A DNA stretch of 64,000 bases. Source: Phoronis australis (lineage: Eukaryota > Animalia > Phoronida). The DNA lies in assembly GCA_002633005.1 (NCBI GenBank), contig NMRA01000104.1, positions 1 through 64,000 of the forward strand, given 5' to 3'. Each line of letters opens with the position of its first letter. The stretch's first letter is position 1. The position numbers were made by a program, and so were the translations under genes. The notes beneath the pieces are model-generated. The model saw nothing but the letters and a program-made list of their open reading frames with translations, did no database searches and had not been told where the DNA came from. Shown one piece after another: positions 10,856 to 21,538 of the stretch.

Positions 10856-11037
10856 GTGAGTCATTACTAGTACACAGTAAATTACAACGATATTTTTCAA
10901 CTTCATTTTTACGTTCAGTCCTTGTGTCCCTTGATATTTTTCAGTTGAGACTTTCAGTTTTCACTCTTCACGAAGTTTACATATCCCGTACTATGTGCAT
11001 AAAAATAATACACGGGTTTCTATTGTGTATTTACTAG

Positions 11038-11172
11038 GAGTGGTTTGGAGCAGGACGACATGCGTATCATGTATAGGTACTTAGTCACAAGTTTGTTTCC
11101 AAACTACATGGATCAAGAGTTTCATGGTTCAGTCACCAACAGGACGTCCACTGTAGGAGCACATTATGGAAA
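11038..11172 (+). CDS. CCZ1: CCZ1 exon 7
   Basis: tactag|SGLEQDDMRIMYRYLVTSLFPNYMDQEFHGSVTNRTSTVGAHYG-|gtgagt. Confidence 0.95.
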
Positions 11173-11326
11173 GTGAGTCCTTTATCCAAGTGCATGGGCA
11201 GTATTACATGATGGCGTGATCTTATACAATACAGTTTGTGAATATTTTGTTGTAAAACAGCGGTGGGGCGTTAAGAGCACTAGGTCTGCATGGCTGTTGT
11301 AGGCAGGTGGCCTTGCCATCCTCCTG

Positions 11327-11476
11327 GGCTGAGTTGCATAAAGCTTCAAAAGTTATCCGCTGGATAAGTTTGATTGTTGCATGACGTCAGGTGCATTGTT
11401 CAACAATAACAACGTGACGCGTGATAATGCGACGTCATTGTTGCTATACGGCGTATAACTTTTATGCAACTGGGCC
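11327..11476. mobile_element. PIF/Harbinger-type MITE
   Basis: ctg|ggctgagttgcataaa ... tttatgcaactgggcc|cag: TIRs with CWG flanks. Confidence 0.65.
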
Positions 11477-12207
11477 CAGGTGTACGGGCACTGCTTCATT
11501 GCTGCCCATTTGACAAATGTACCGTGAATACATTCTTATTGTCTCAATCATTTTTTAGCAAAGCAATACTGTGCCTTTTCACGTGGACTTCATTAAACCA
11601 CTGAATTTGCCAGTGTCTACCATTTGGCATTAATCATGTTACCAATATGAATAAGATGGTAGACTTAGTCAAACAAGGTTGGAAGGAGACACTCTGTAAT
11701 TTGCTAACTTTTTGCCAATAAGCATTGATCTGAATATAATTTTTTTGTACCACTAAGAAATGATTGCAGTAAAAATACAATTTGGAACAATCTTTAAGAT
11801 TTGGCACAAATTCAACCTGAAATTGAATTTTGTATTTTAATGATTGACACTTAAATGATTTTGACATGCATCATATTTCTTAAATATTGGACACTGCATT
11901 TTGTGTCAACAGAGTCTGAAAGTAGACTTGGCATTTCATAAAATCACCATGTGTCCTATATTGCGTAACATTAGGGATGATGATATTTTTGTGGCTGTTA
12001 ATAATTTTTTAACTTCGGACATCCAATTTTGCCTGCTTCTGAAATTTGATGTATGCCCTGACTATGAGCAAAATCATAATTTTTTCACAGTCACAAGCTG
12101 TAGACTTTTTATCATACTTCAATACTGGATAATTGCAACCAAGTTTTTGATTGTGATCAAACAGATTTGTAGGACGCTATTAGTCTGGTAGTTGTATTTT
12201 ACTTCAG

Positions 12208-12353
12208 ATTCATGACGGGCCCACCAGACTTGAAGAACACAACACACCTAGGTAAAGTCCCACGGGTTTTCGTCAACATAGACACTACACATGATGAGTG
12301 CCACCTAGTGGTTTACAGGGCACTAAGTGCTACCATATGTATGCTTGTAGATG
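12208..12353 (+). CDS. CCZ1: CCZ1 exon 8
   Basis: cttcag|FMTGPPDLKNTTHLGKVPRVFVNIDTTHDECHLVVYRALSATICMLVD|gtaagt. Confidence 0.95.
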
Positions 12354-12959
12354 GTAAGTGTGCAATGTAGTGATGACTTTGTTCTAATGATTTGCAAATT
12401 GTTTTAGGGACAGGAGAAAATAAAATGTTTATACCAGGTATTTCTAAAAGACTGACTGTCAAGGGGCACATTAATTTTATTTTCTGGTTACAACATGAGT
12501 TGGTGTAATACTGTCGTTCATGGTTGAGATATGAATGACATAAGACTATCAATGCTGGTAGGTTTATTCAGTGAAAGCACGTGCTAAACAGCATCTGTAT
12601 AGAATGAAGTGCATTTTATCATACCTATGGAACCACCAGCCTTCTGCAGTGTGCTTTCTATTCGTGTGTTTCTCTCTCTACTTGCGACGCATGTGTTACG
12701 ACTGTTTTCTGATTTACTTACATTTCACCAGAGTCTTGTTTGTGATTGTCAGTTTTGCTGTAAAGATAATGAATTATTAAGTCCATTGAATCATTGGTTG
12801 TTATGATTGGTGTACATATTGAATATGTTGGACTGTGGATGTAACAGCACTTGTGCTTACTTTCTTATTGATGATAGGTTAACCAAAAACCAAGAATATC
12901 TAGTGAGTCATTGTCACCTACTGAAGTAAATGAATGGCCATTCTATCATTCCTTTTCAG

Positions 12960-13074
12960 TATCAAGCACATTGACTTTTGACTTCTTTAGAGCTGTCGAT
13001 GCTTTCCTTGGACCTCAGCTAAGTGCTGTCGCATCAGACATAAGTGAACAGTATAATAAAAAGACAGTCCCAAG
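12960..13074 (+). CDS. CCZ1: CCZ1 exon 9
   Basis: tttcag|SSTLTFDFFRAVDAFLGPQLSAVASDISEQYNKKTVP-|gtatgt. Confidence 0.95.
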
Positions 13075-13606
13075 GTATGTTGTTTATATACGGGCTTCAT
13101 GCAGCTGTTTAAGTTGATTAAAGGTAACCATCTGCTCGCGTTGCTGTGTGCAAAAAATGAAGCCTTGCTTAAAGGCTTGTCAACTCCAAGGTGGAGCAAA
13201 ACATTTTGTGGCGAAGTACTGTAGTTTCCAGAACGAACTTGAAATTTCATTGAAAAACGTTGTGACTTGAATTTTCAACAACGATAGATCATATTAATGA
13301 GATCGATAATGTTTTGAAGTCCATTGAGAAATTCGATGCCTTGAAAGTTTTTCAATTTTTTTTCCTTCGAGTTGTTTTTACTTGGCTGACATACATAATC
13401 ATTCTAGTGCGTTTCTCAGTTTGAACTTTAGGATCGCTATTAGCATGGGTCGTTCCAGTCTCCATCTTCCTGTGTATTTGCTAAGAGCTGGGTTTGTTTG
13501 ACGCTGGTCTCTCGTATACCAGTGATTGGTGGTATTTGTTGAGAATTTGTTCGTTTAAAAAGACTTCTTAAGCCCTTATTTAAGCATATTTTGTTGAAGT
13601 TATATC

Positions 13607-14085
13607 AGACCTTCCTGACATGTCTGTATGTAGACATTCCTGACATGTCTGTATGTAGACATGCCTGACAAGTCTGTAGATGTTCCTGACAAGTCTTTAT
13701 CTAGACATCCCTGACAAGTCTGTATGTAGACATTCCTGACATGTCTGTATGTAGACATTCCTGACATGTCTGTATGTAGACATTCCTGACATGTCTGTAT
13801 GTAGACATGCCTGACAAGTCTGTAGACGTTCCTGACAAGTCTTTATCTAGACATTCTGACAAGTCTGTATGTAGACATTCCTGACATGTCTGTATGTAGA
13901 CATTCCCAAAAAGTCTGTATGACTTAGACATTCCTGACATGTCTGTAAAACTATGTTGACATTCCTGACAAGTCTGTATGTAGACATTCCTGACAAGTCT
14001 GTATGTAGACCTTCCTGACAAGTCTGTATGTAGACCTTCCTGACAAGTCTGTATGTAGACCTTCCTGACAAGTCTGTATGTAAAC
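13607..14085. repeat. 25-bp minisatellite, about 19 units
   Basis: (tagacattcctgacatgtctgtatg)n with variants; lies in CCZ1 intron 9. Confidence 0.95.
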
Positions 14086-15936
14086 AAATATGTACAAAGC
14101 TATAGATTTAAATTCCATTAGTAATTAATGTAAATATGGTTTAAGCAAGTGTAAAACAATTTAACACAATTCCTAACAGCATTTTGGAGAATAGTTACGT
14201 ACTTAAAGCATAGTGTGTGAAACTTTTATATAAATCCAGTCTGACATTTCTGAGATATGTTGTTTTGAATTTAGTCAAATTTGGACATTTTGTTAGGGTC
14301 CATCACAACCTTAAAAGACTAATTCAAGGTTGAAATGGAGTGGTTCACTTCCACGTGCCCGCTATCTGCCGTTAAAATGAAACACACAGACTTGCATTTT
14401 TTGTAGATTTTTTTTATAATGTTGTTCGAGGAGGTACTTAATTGGGATTTTCATTCTTCGCAGACAGCTGCACACATCTCGTAAAAACAGAATGAATATT
14501 GTATTAGAATCTACATCAACACAAAGCCAAGAAATATTTGGCCTTCTGTGATGTTTACAAGCAACATCACTGAACCCAAGGGTAGTGCAATACATGAGTG
14601 TATATTGGACGTGTCACTCAAAATCACAGATTGATCTATGTCAGATTCCCTACTAAAGGGCGCACTTGACAGGTCAGGAAGTCTATCCGTTGTTGTGTTT
14701 CTTATAATTAGAAAATATTTGGGGGGGGGGTTAAAAACAGTGCAATGGGTTTTCAATTTTACTTCAATAAATAAGCACTTTGTAGATTTATGTTACGTAG
14801 AAAAAATGTAACTTTCAAGGAAATTACCTTCTAAGCAAATGGGTCCCTTTTAATTGCACTATCTCTCTAAAGTGGTGGGTTTTTATTAAGCCAACTCTAA
14901 AGCTGTGAATAATCCTATATTTCTTCAGCAAAAATAGTGGAGTACTTCTCGAGTAACTAAGTATGTTCAGCATCTACCCAAACATGGTGGCAGGGTTAGA
15001 AAAGTGTTCTTTCTTAGTTTTTGGTGGACAATGGATAGAGTTCTTATTTTGTTGCAACCAAGAGATACGTAGGTACTCTAAAATTTGAACTGTCACAATA
15101 AAATTGGATTATTGTCACAAAATGCACTCAGATTTGAACATCGCATAGTAAACAATTTAGAAATGTATACCCATGTTTTTGTTTTATTTTTTCACCTTCA
15201 TTTCACACATAGTATGGTGTGACTTTTATTACACAGTTGTGACATGGCTGAAAAACAATTCGTGTACACTGATGTCAAAAGTGCGTTAGCAAGCAAAAAC
15301 CTTAACCTAATGCAGAGTACCGTATACCTTGACTGACAATAGTAATATTACAGTGAGGTTGCATTGTAGTACAACCTGATATAAAGTATTGGTAAGATTT
15401 CAATTTAATTGTAGAAATATGTGAAAAGGTAATGAATTGACCTACATGTTGCATGCAAGAAAACTAACAATTCTTACTTATGACATGAATTGATGTTTCA
15501 TTAAATTCTGATTCCATCGAGTCATATAACTGGTCATGAAGTTTGTAAGTCTTAGTGAGTAATGTATACACCCACCAATGGAGGTAAAGCACTATACTTC
15601 AACTGTTCGTCTTCAATAGAATGTAAACATTTTCCAAAATATGGGTGCTTAAAGTTTCAAACATCATTATGAATCAACTACGCTAGTACTCGACAATTGT
15701 CATCAACATATCGACCTGTAATGTGTGAAAACTAACTATGACCAATCGCAATCCATAGCAAATGCACTAGCAGATGGCTACCAGAACGACCCACGCTACT
15801 AGCCACTCTAGCGGCAAGTCCTCCTTTATCACCACCTCTTGCTTTATTGGATGACCCTGTGATAACTCATTTACAATAAGTTACATCTATCCACCCACGT
15901 AGTAGTTAGTGACATTGTATGCTCCATTTGTTTCAG

Positions 15937-16089
15937 TTTGGTGGAGCCATCCTTCAAATATGTTTACTTTAATCACATGAATCTTGCCCAGAAGACGACA
16001 GTACACGCTGACATTAGGAAAACCTCCAGTGTCAACATACCTAAAGACATACTCAAGCTATTGGGAGACATGAACACGGACTTGTCCAA
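15937..16089 (+). CDS. CCZ1: CCZ1 exon 10
   Basis: tttcag|LVEPSFKYVYFNHMNLAQKTTVHADIRKTSSVNIPKDILKLLGDMNTDLS-|gtaagg. Confidence 0.95.
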
Positions 16090-16647
16090 GTAAGGATTCT
16101 TCCTTGTCCATTCATAACAAAAGCATTGTGGTTTACTTTAAGGCGACTTATGAGTGTCTTGTCATTCTATTTATCAGAGACTGTTCATTCATTTTCTATG
16201 GCATAACCATATTCATTTCAGAGCTTGAAATTTCCCTCAATAAGATTTCCTCTTTTTTGGTTTCGATTTCCTGTTAATTGATTTCCAGTTTCATATCTTT
16301 GGCCTCTTATTATTTTTACTTTATTCATACAAAATCATATCTTTCAATTCAATTTTACTACACAAAAATATTTTTATCACACCAGCCTATTTGTGGAACG
16401 ATACATCACCTGGAAAATTTTCCTCTTTTTTGTCGTGTAGTGAGAAAGGTGTGTAGTATTGCACTTGCAATAGCTCAGCGTTTGCTTTATTATGTATATC
16501 CACCAGATTGGAATCCTTTGTCGAGTACTGATTATCTGTCACTGGAATTCCCTAACTGTCTGTGCATTAGTATTTGCTATGTCCATCTGACAGAGTGTTT
16601 TGGTGTTAGTAATCATAGTAATTCTTCGTTGATGTATCTCACTAAAG

Positions 16648-16775
16648 GGGGACGGAAGATAGTGAGATCATTGCGAAGACGTTTTCTGACTACTGGATAG
16701 TTGGCAAGAAGTCCGACCAAAGAGAGTTCTATGTGGTTATCAATCAGAAGAATGCTAACTTAATCGAGATTAATG
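16648..16775 (+). CDS. CCZ1: CCZ1 exon 11
   Basis: ctaaag|GTEDSEIIAKTFSDYWIVGKKSDQREFYVVINQKNANLIEIN-|gtaagt; the acceptor is a weaker AAG. Confidence 0.92.
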
Positions 16776-16934
16776 GTAAGTGTTCTCTAATAGCGCAATT
16801 TTAAGGTTACATGTACTCTAAGACAAAATGTTGTCATAAAATATCTTAGTAGCTAGTTACTGTCAAAGCATTTACTCTTTTGCTGCCAAGCACGCTTTTC
16901 GGCGAGTAACCCATTCAGTCTCAAGCGTGCTGAT

Positions 16935-17205
16935 CGGCAAGTTGGGTAGTGTGATTCCCGGTCATGAAACTGGAGAAGTGGTATGTGACGGACAAGAACA
17001 GGAAAACCATTTGCACATTCTTGATGAGATGGTTGCTAGATATCTTGTTAAACTGGCCCTCATGTCTTTTAAACCATGGAAGGCCCCTGGGCAAGACATG
17101 GTATTTCCTAAGATGCTACAGGAAGCAGGAACCAAGCTTTTCAAAATCCTGCCTAATCTTTACTACGCCAGTCTTAAACTAGGCTACGTCCCAGAAACCT
17201 GGACG
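16935..17205 (+). mobile_element. non-LTR retrotransposon (LINE; R1/LOA-like) ORF2 fragment
   Basis: ALMSFKPWKAPGQDMVFPKMLQEAG...NLYYASLKLGYVPETW matches the pre-RT 'K(A/S)PG.DG...L......GY.P..W' motif; truncated. Confidence 0.8.
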
Positions 17206-17344
17206 GACCGCCAAACACGGTTCACTCCGCATCCATTACGCAGCTGGCGAAGCCGATTTCTACATTTTATCTCCAAGGCTGTGCAATGGTGCCACGTCCA
17301 TAGTTATTTTATGAAAGGAAATTTATTAACTAGTCGCTGGATGT

Positions 17345-18583
17345 TTTTTATGCGCCCACATATTTATATGTGGTTGCCATTTCTGTCCAGGCATCCAGCA
17401 TCTACAGCTGTATCTCCCAAACCCCTCGCAGGATCTTATTGAAATTAGGCTGGTATGTTCGATGAGGGCAACGAGTTTCCGACCGACCCGAATACCGCTG
17501 TGTCCCCTACTGGCAATTCCAGTTTTTTACGTTTGCTTCTGTATCTTCAAAGGTCCTCAGTCGATTTTCATGAATTTTGGCATCTGTTAATGAGATGATG
17601 CTGTCTTTTTTGTTTTTGGATGGATTCAAGGCATTTTGCACCACCTAGTGGCCATTTTTATTGTTTTCGAGTCTGTTTTTTGGCATCCTCCCATCAACCA
17701 AACCGCTGTAAAAATGATTGTGAAAATTGTATGATTTTACTATGAAGAGAACAGATGACGACAATTTTCTGACAACTTTGACTACTGTGGCGTCTCCTAG
17801 TGGCAGTTTTTTTGCGCCTATGGCTGTATCTCCTTAACAATATTCAGGATCGTTACTAAATTTAGCAAGTGTATTTATATGAATTTGACTACAGACGATA
17901 ATGGCTTTCGGATGGATCTGACTACCGGTGTGCCTCCTAGTGGTATTTTATTTTTTTACGTTTACCTCTATATCTTCAAAGGTCCTCAGCGGATCTCCAT
18001 AAAATTAGGAATATAGGCATCTATTGGTGAGGTGACACCAACCTCCCATTTTCTGATGGAATTGGGGTATTTTGCACCACCTAATGGCCATTTTTGCTGT
18101 TTCCGAGTCCTCCCCTCTATCAACCAAACCATTCTAAGGATGATTGTGAAAATTGGCATAGATGGTCTTAGTGTGAAGAAGATGGTTGACAATGATTTCT
18201 GACAATTTTGACTTCTCTGGCACTTCCTAGTGGCAGTTTGTTTTTGCACTCATAGCTTATCTCCTAAACCTACAGCAGAATCTTTATTGAATTTTGCAAG
18301 TATATTTATATGAAGTTGACAACAGACGAGGACGACTTTCAGATGAATCCGGCAAATGCTGTGCTCCCTAGTGGCAATTTTTTTGTTGTTTTCCTTTGCT
18401 GCTCTGAAGTTCCTTGACAGATTTTTATGAAATTTGGTAAATAGCTTTCTATTAAAGAAGCGATGGCATGTTCCCGTTTCAGATGAATTTAATATATTTT
18501 GCGCCATCTAGTGGCCATTCCCAGAAGCACACCGTTAGCAATGCATTCGTGGGCGCATTTCAACGCTCCATGTTGCTCTTGTT
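17345..18583 (+). mobile_element. HINE/Helentron-like non-autonomous element with central ~143-bp tandem array
   Basis: T-run followed by ATGCGCCCAC (17350); its inverse GTGGGCGCAT at 18549, then a short caac..gttg stem-loop and terminal CTTGTT; eight diverged monomers in between. Confidence 0.75.
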
Positions 18584-19399
18584 CATTGTAATAATGACAT
18601 AATATCATGTCGAATATCATTTCTGGGAGTGAAAAATCAGCTTAGATGATGGCCAGCCAGGCATAGAAAAAAATCTTGGCACATTTGTTTCAAGCAAAAA
18701 AGGAAGAAATATTCGGTTTATCAGGCTATCAGAAGGTTGTCCAGTCTTATTTCAGAAGGATGTTCTAGATCATGGAAAGCTTCTCCAGGACCGTGTACTG
18801 GCCAGAACCAACTATGCTATAGTTTTGGTCTTACTCCGAGTAATTGATTTTGAAATCTGCAGACATTTTCTTGTGTTTGTACACAAAGCTGAGGTTAAGC
18901 CGGCCAGGTCTTAGAGCCACAGAAATGAATCATCTGGTGAAAGCTAAGTTTGATTTCTCAGAAATCAACCGTTTTTATTTGTTTGAAGTTTTTGGTGATT
19001 GTATTTCATGAATAACTCATCTTCTTCACAACATTTGTTGAAAGTTGTTTGCAAATATTATTTTTAAGGATCAGTTGGCATCTGGGACACTATTTAAATG
19101 TCAGATTAGACGATCTTACTAGATGAAGGCAGACAATGTAAACATTGGTTTGTCAACTTTCTCCCCTTACTGTTGCTGCCAAACTGATAACGATATGGCT
19201 TAACTCAAATTCCCGATCACCCAAATCTGGAGACTCACCTCAAAGGGCGGAGGCATCACAGTACTAGTAGTAATCTGAATAATACACTAGAATGTTGTAC
19301 ATCCATGGCATATGCTGTGAACATGTAAAAACTGTACATGGTACATACTAAATTAGATAACAGTCTCGATGGACCCATCCCGATAATAATTGACATTGA

Positions 19400-19750
19400 T
19401 TTTCAGATGGGTGCAGCTACTGTGGTGCCCTCTAGTGGCAATTATGTTTCTTTTGTTGCATTCATCGCTGTAGCTCCAAAACTGTTTGTAAGATCTTTGT
19501 GAAATTTGGCAATTTTGTTCTCATGACAACAGGCTGACAAGTTTATTTTTATGATTGCCTCTCTATCTTTGGAATTTTTGTGCAGATTTTCATAATACTT
19601 TGCAAATAGGTTTATGAAAGATACGGCAATGGCTTCCCACATTCTGTAAACACTTAGTGGCCATTTTTGTGACACTAATGAATATCCCTAAAAACATACC
19701 ATTTGCAATGCAGTCATAGGCGCATGTCAATGCTTTGCATTGCTCTTGTT
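19400..19750 (+). mobile_element. 3' fragment of the same HINE-like family
   Basis: gtgccctctagtggca monomer; ends cataggcgcatgtcaatgctttgcattgctcttgtt, like 18545-18583. Confidence 0.7.
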
Positions 19751-20113
19751 ATATCTGTAAGTGGTCAAAATTCAGTTTTTCAGAGAAGGTAAGGTTATTG
19801 TACCTTTGCAGTCCCAGGTAGCCTGGATTAGGTCAAACCAAAATTGCAAATTTCAAAATGGCTCAGCAGGTGTTGAAGCAATAAATGAACTCAATTCGGT
19901 CTATAGTTTTACGTGTAACTAGGAAGTCACCGTATTAAAAAGCCGTAATGAAAGTCCCCACCCCAAAAAGCGAACCCAACCATTGATTTTCAACAAAGTC
20001 TCAACCTGGGACTTTAATAAATCTCAAGTTAGTGTTGCCAATTTACGCTTCTCTTTTTATTTGTGTGTGAATTGCTGTAAATTATTCAACGAGCTCTGCC
20101 ATCCACCTCTTCC

Positions 20114-20319
20114 TGAACACCAACATTGGCACAATGTCACGTCTTACCCTTTGTCCTTTGTGTCATTTGAGATCATCAAACCATTGAAACACCAACATTG
20201 GCACAGTGTCATGTCTTACTCTTTATCCTCTGTGTCATTTGAGATCATCAAACCATTGAAACACCAACATTGGCACACTGTCATGTCTTACTCTTTATCC
20301 TCTGTGTCATTTGAGATCA
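20114..20319. repeat. 72-bp tandem repeat, about 2.8 copies
   Basis: acaccaacattggcac starts at 20117, 20189 and 20261; just upstream of the last CCZ1 exon. Confidence 0.9.
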
Positions 20320-20381
20320 TGAAATTGTTGAAATATATTAGTCAAGTTACGGGTGTTTTTTACCTGTTTTTTTGTTTTCAG

Positions 20382-20437
20382 AGGAAGTCAAGAAACTGTG
20401 TGCAACTCATTTCAGCAATATATTTTTCCTGGACTAG
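20382..20437 (+). CDS. CCZ1: CCZ1 exon 12 (terminal)
   Basis: tttcag|EEVKKLCATHFSNIFFLD-TAG. Confidence 0.95.
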
Positions 20438-21208
20438 TTGTGACTGGGATTACCAAACCAATACTGTGATACTGTCTTCAGGCACTGCTTAATATTTGAG
20501 ACAAATGTACTCTTGTCACCATGACTTGCTTGTATTAATACCGTCTCAGCTACCATCTTGGCTGTCAGTCCAATGCCCATCGCAATTGTTATGAAGAACT
20601 TGCTTTGTGACATCTCTTCGGGATGGACTTCTGGACTATAAGTGTAAAAACATTGATCAATCACTTTATAAAAGCAATGGTATCAGTGTTTTAATTATTT
20701 CGTCAATGTCTTCTTAGGACGGTTTGACAAATAGCATGGAAAATATTTTTAAGTAAAATAAGCTTTTGCACTGTCTACCTGATGTACTCCTGTATTGTAA
20801 TTCTTTTGTGCAAAAATTGTTGTATAAGTTCAGAATTGTAAATGTTTTACTTGGAATATATTGTTAATGAGATCTATGATTCCGTTATCATTTCTTGATA
20901 TCTTTATGAACATTTTAGTCTTGGTGTGAGCGTTGTGTTCTGTCAGCAAATCATTCATATAATTTTTGTTTATACTTATTCTAATAGATATGAAAAGCAA
21001 AAACTTTAGTTTTTTACCCGTTATGGCAGAAATTCAAAATTTTGTTTTCTTAAATTTCTCAACAAAAATAATTTTTGAAGTTTTTCATCAGCTTTAACAT
21101 AATTTTGACTGTAGATCTGTCTTTGAGCAGTTGTAAGTTGTATTGAAGTACTAAGCTCTCATAAAATAGATGATGCAAATTTCAGGAATATGTGTCTGTA
21201 CCAAATTT

Positions 21209-21538
21209 GGTTATGTAGGACCTTTTCAACAAGTCATTTAGCCAAATATATATATATCATTCACTATAGAATTTAGCCAGCAAAACTATATTTCTGAAAG
21301 TAGAAATTCCATAGAATTTGATTTTTAACTTTATATCAATCTGCTTAGGTTTTTGTCACTCACCTTGCTTTTTAAGAAAATTTAGCAAAAGAGAATGTTA
21401 CATTAACAGGATTAATGACACCAAATTTCGTGTGATATAAATTTTGGAGATAAATTCTCAATTATGCTGCTACAGTTTTCTAAATTGTATTTTGGTTTCA
21501 TGCAACTGGCTAAAATTTTTCAATAGTCCTACATAACC
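21209..21538. mobile_element. MITE with GGTTATGTAGGAC TIRs
   Basis: ggttatgtaggac...tttagcca / tggctaaa...gtcctacataacc; the same terminus recurs at 27651-27663. Confidence 0.6.

Larger units (their letters stand above)
5185..20437 (+). other. CCZ1: CCZ1 vacuolar fusion protein gene (Mon1-Ccz1 Rab7 GEF subunit), 12 coding exons, 1383 nt, 460 aa
   Basis: Exons 5185-5262, 7638-7735, 7932-8022, 8135-8257, 10291-10374, 10680-10855, 11038-11172, 12208-12353, 12960-13074, 15937-16089, 16648-16775 and 20382-20437 splice into one ORF. It contains FFVFNPTYGPKEGQEEQKILYY, NVGLCEA, SLHTQK, KYVYFNHMNLAQK, DYWIVGKKSDQRE and the C-terminus EEVKKLCATHFSNIFFLD*. Confidence 0.97.

Noticed and set aside
13607-14087. 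CRISPR-like array or repetitive protein
   Set aside because: Contiguous tandem units with no unique spacers, no cas genes and a eukaryotic intron context.
17234-17252. attacgcagctggcgaag resembling lacZ-alpha vector sequence
   Set aside because: Short and imperfect, and the flanks do not continue as vector; treated as chance.
16927-17442. 171-aa ORF as a gene
   Set aside because: Chimera of a LINE RT fragment with unrelated flanking repeat sequence.
19983-20492. 169-aa ORF with His-rich repeats
   Set aside because: A 72-bp tandem repeat read through; it overlaps the last CCZ1 exon in the wrong frame.
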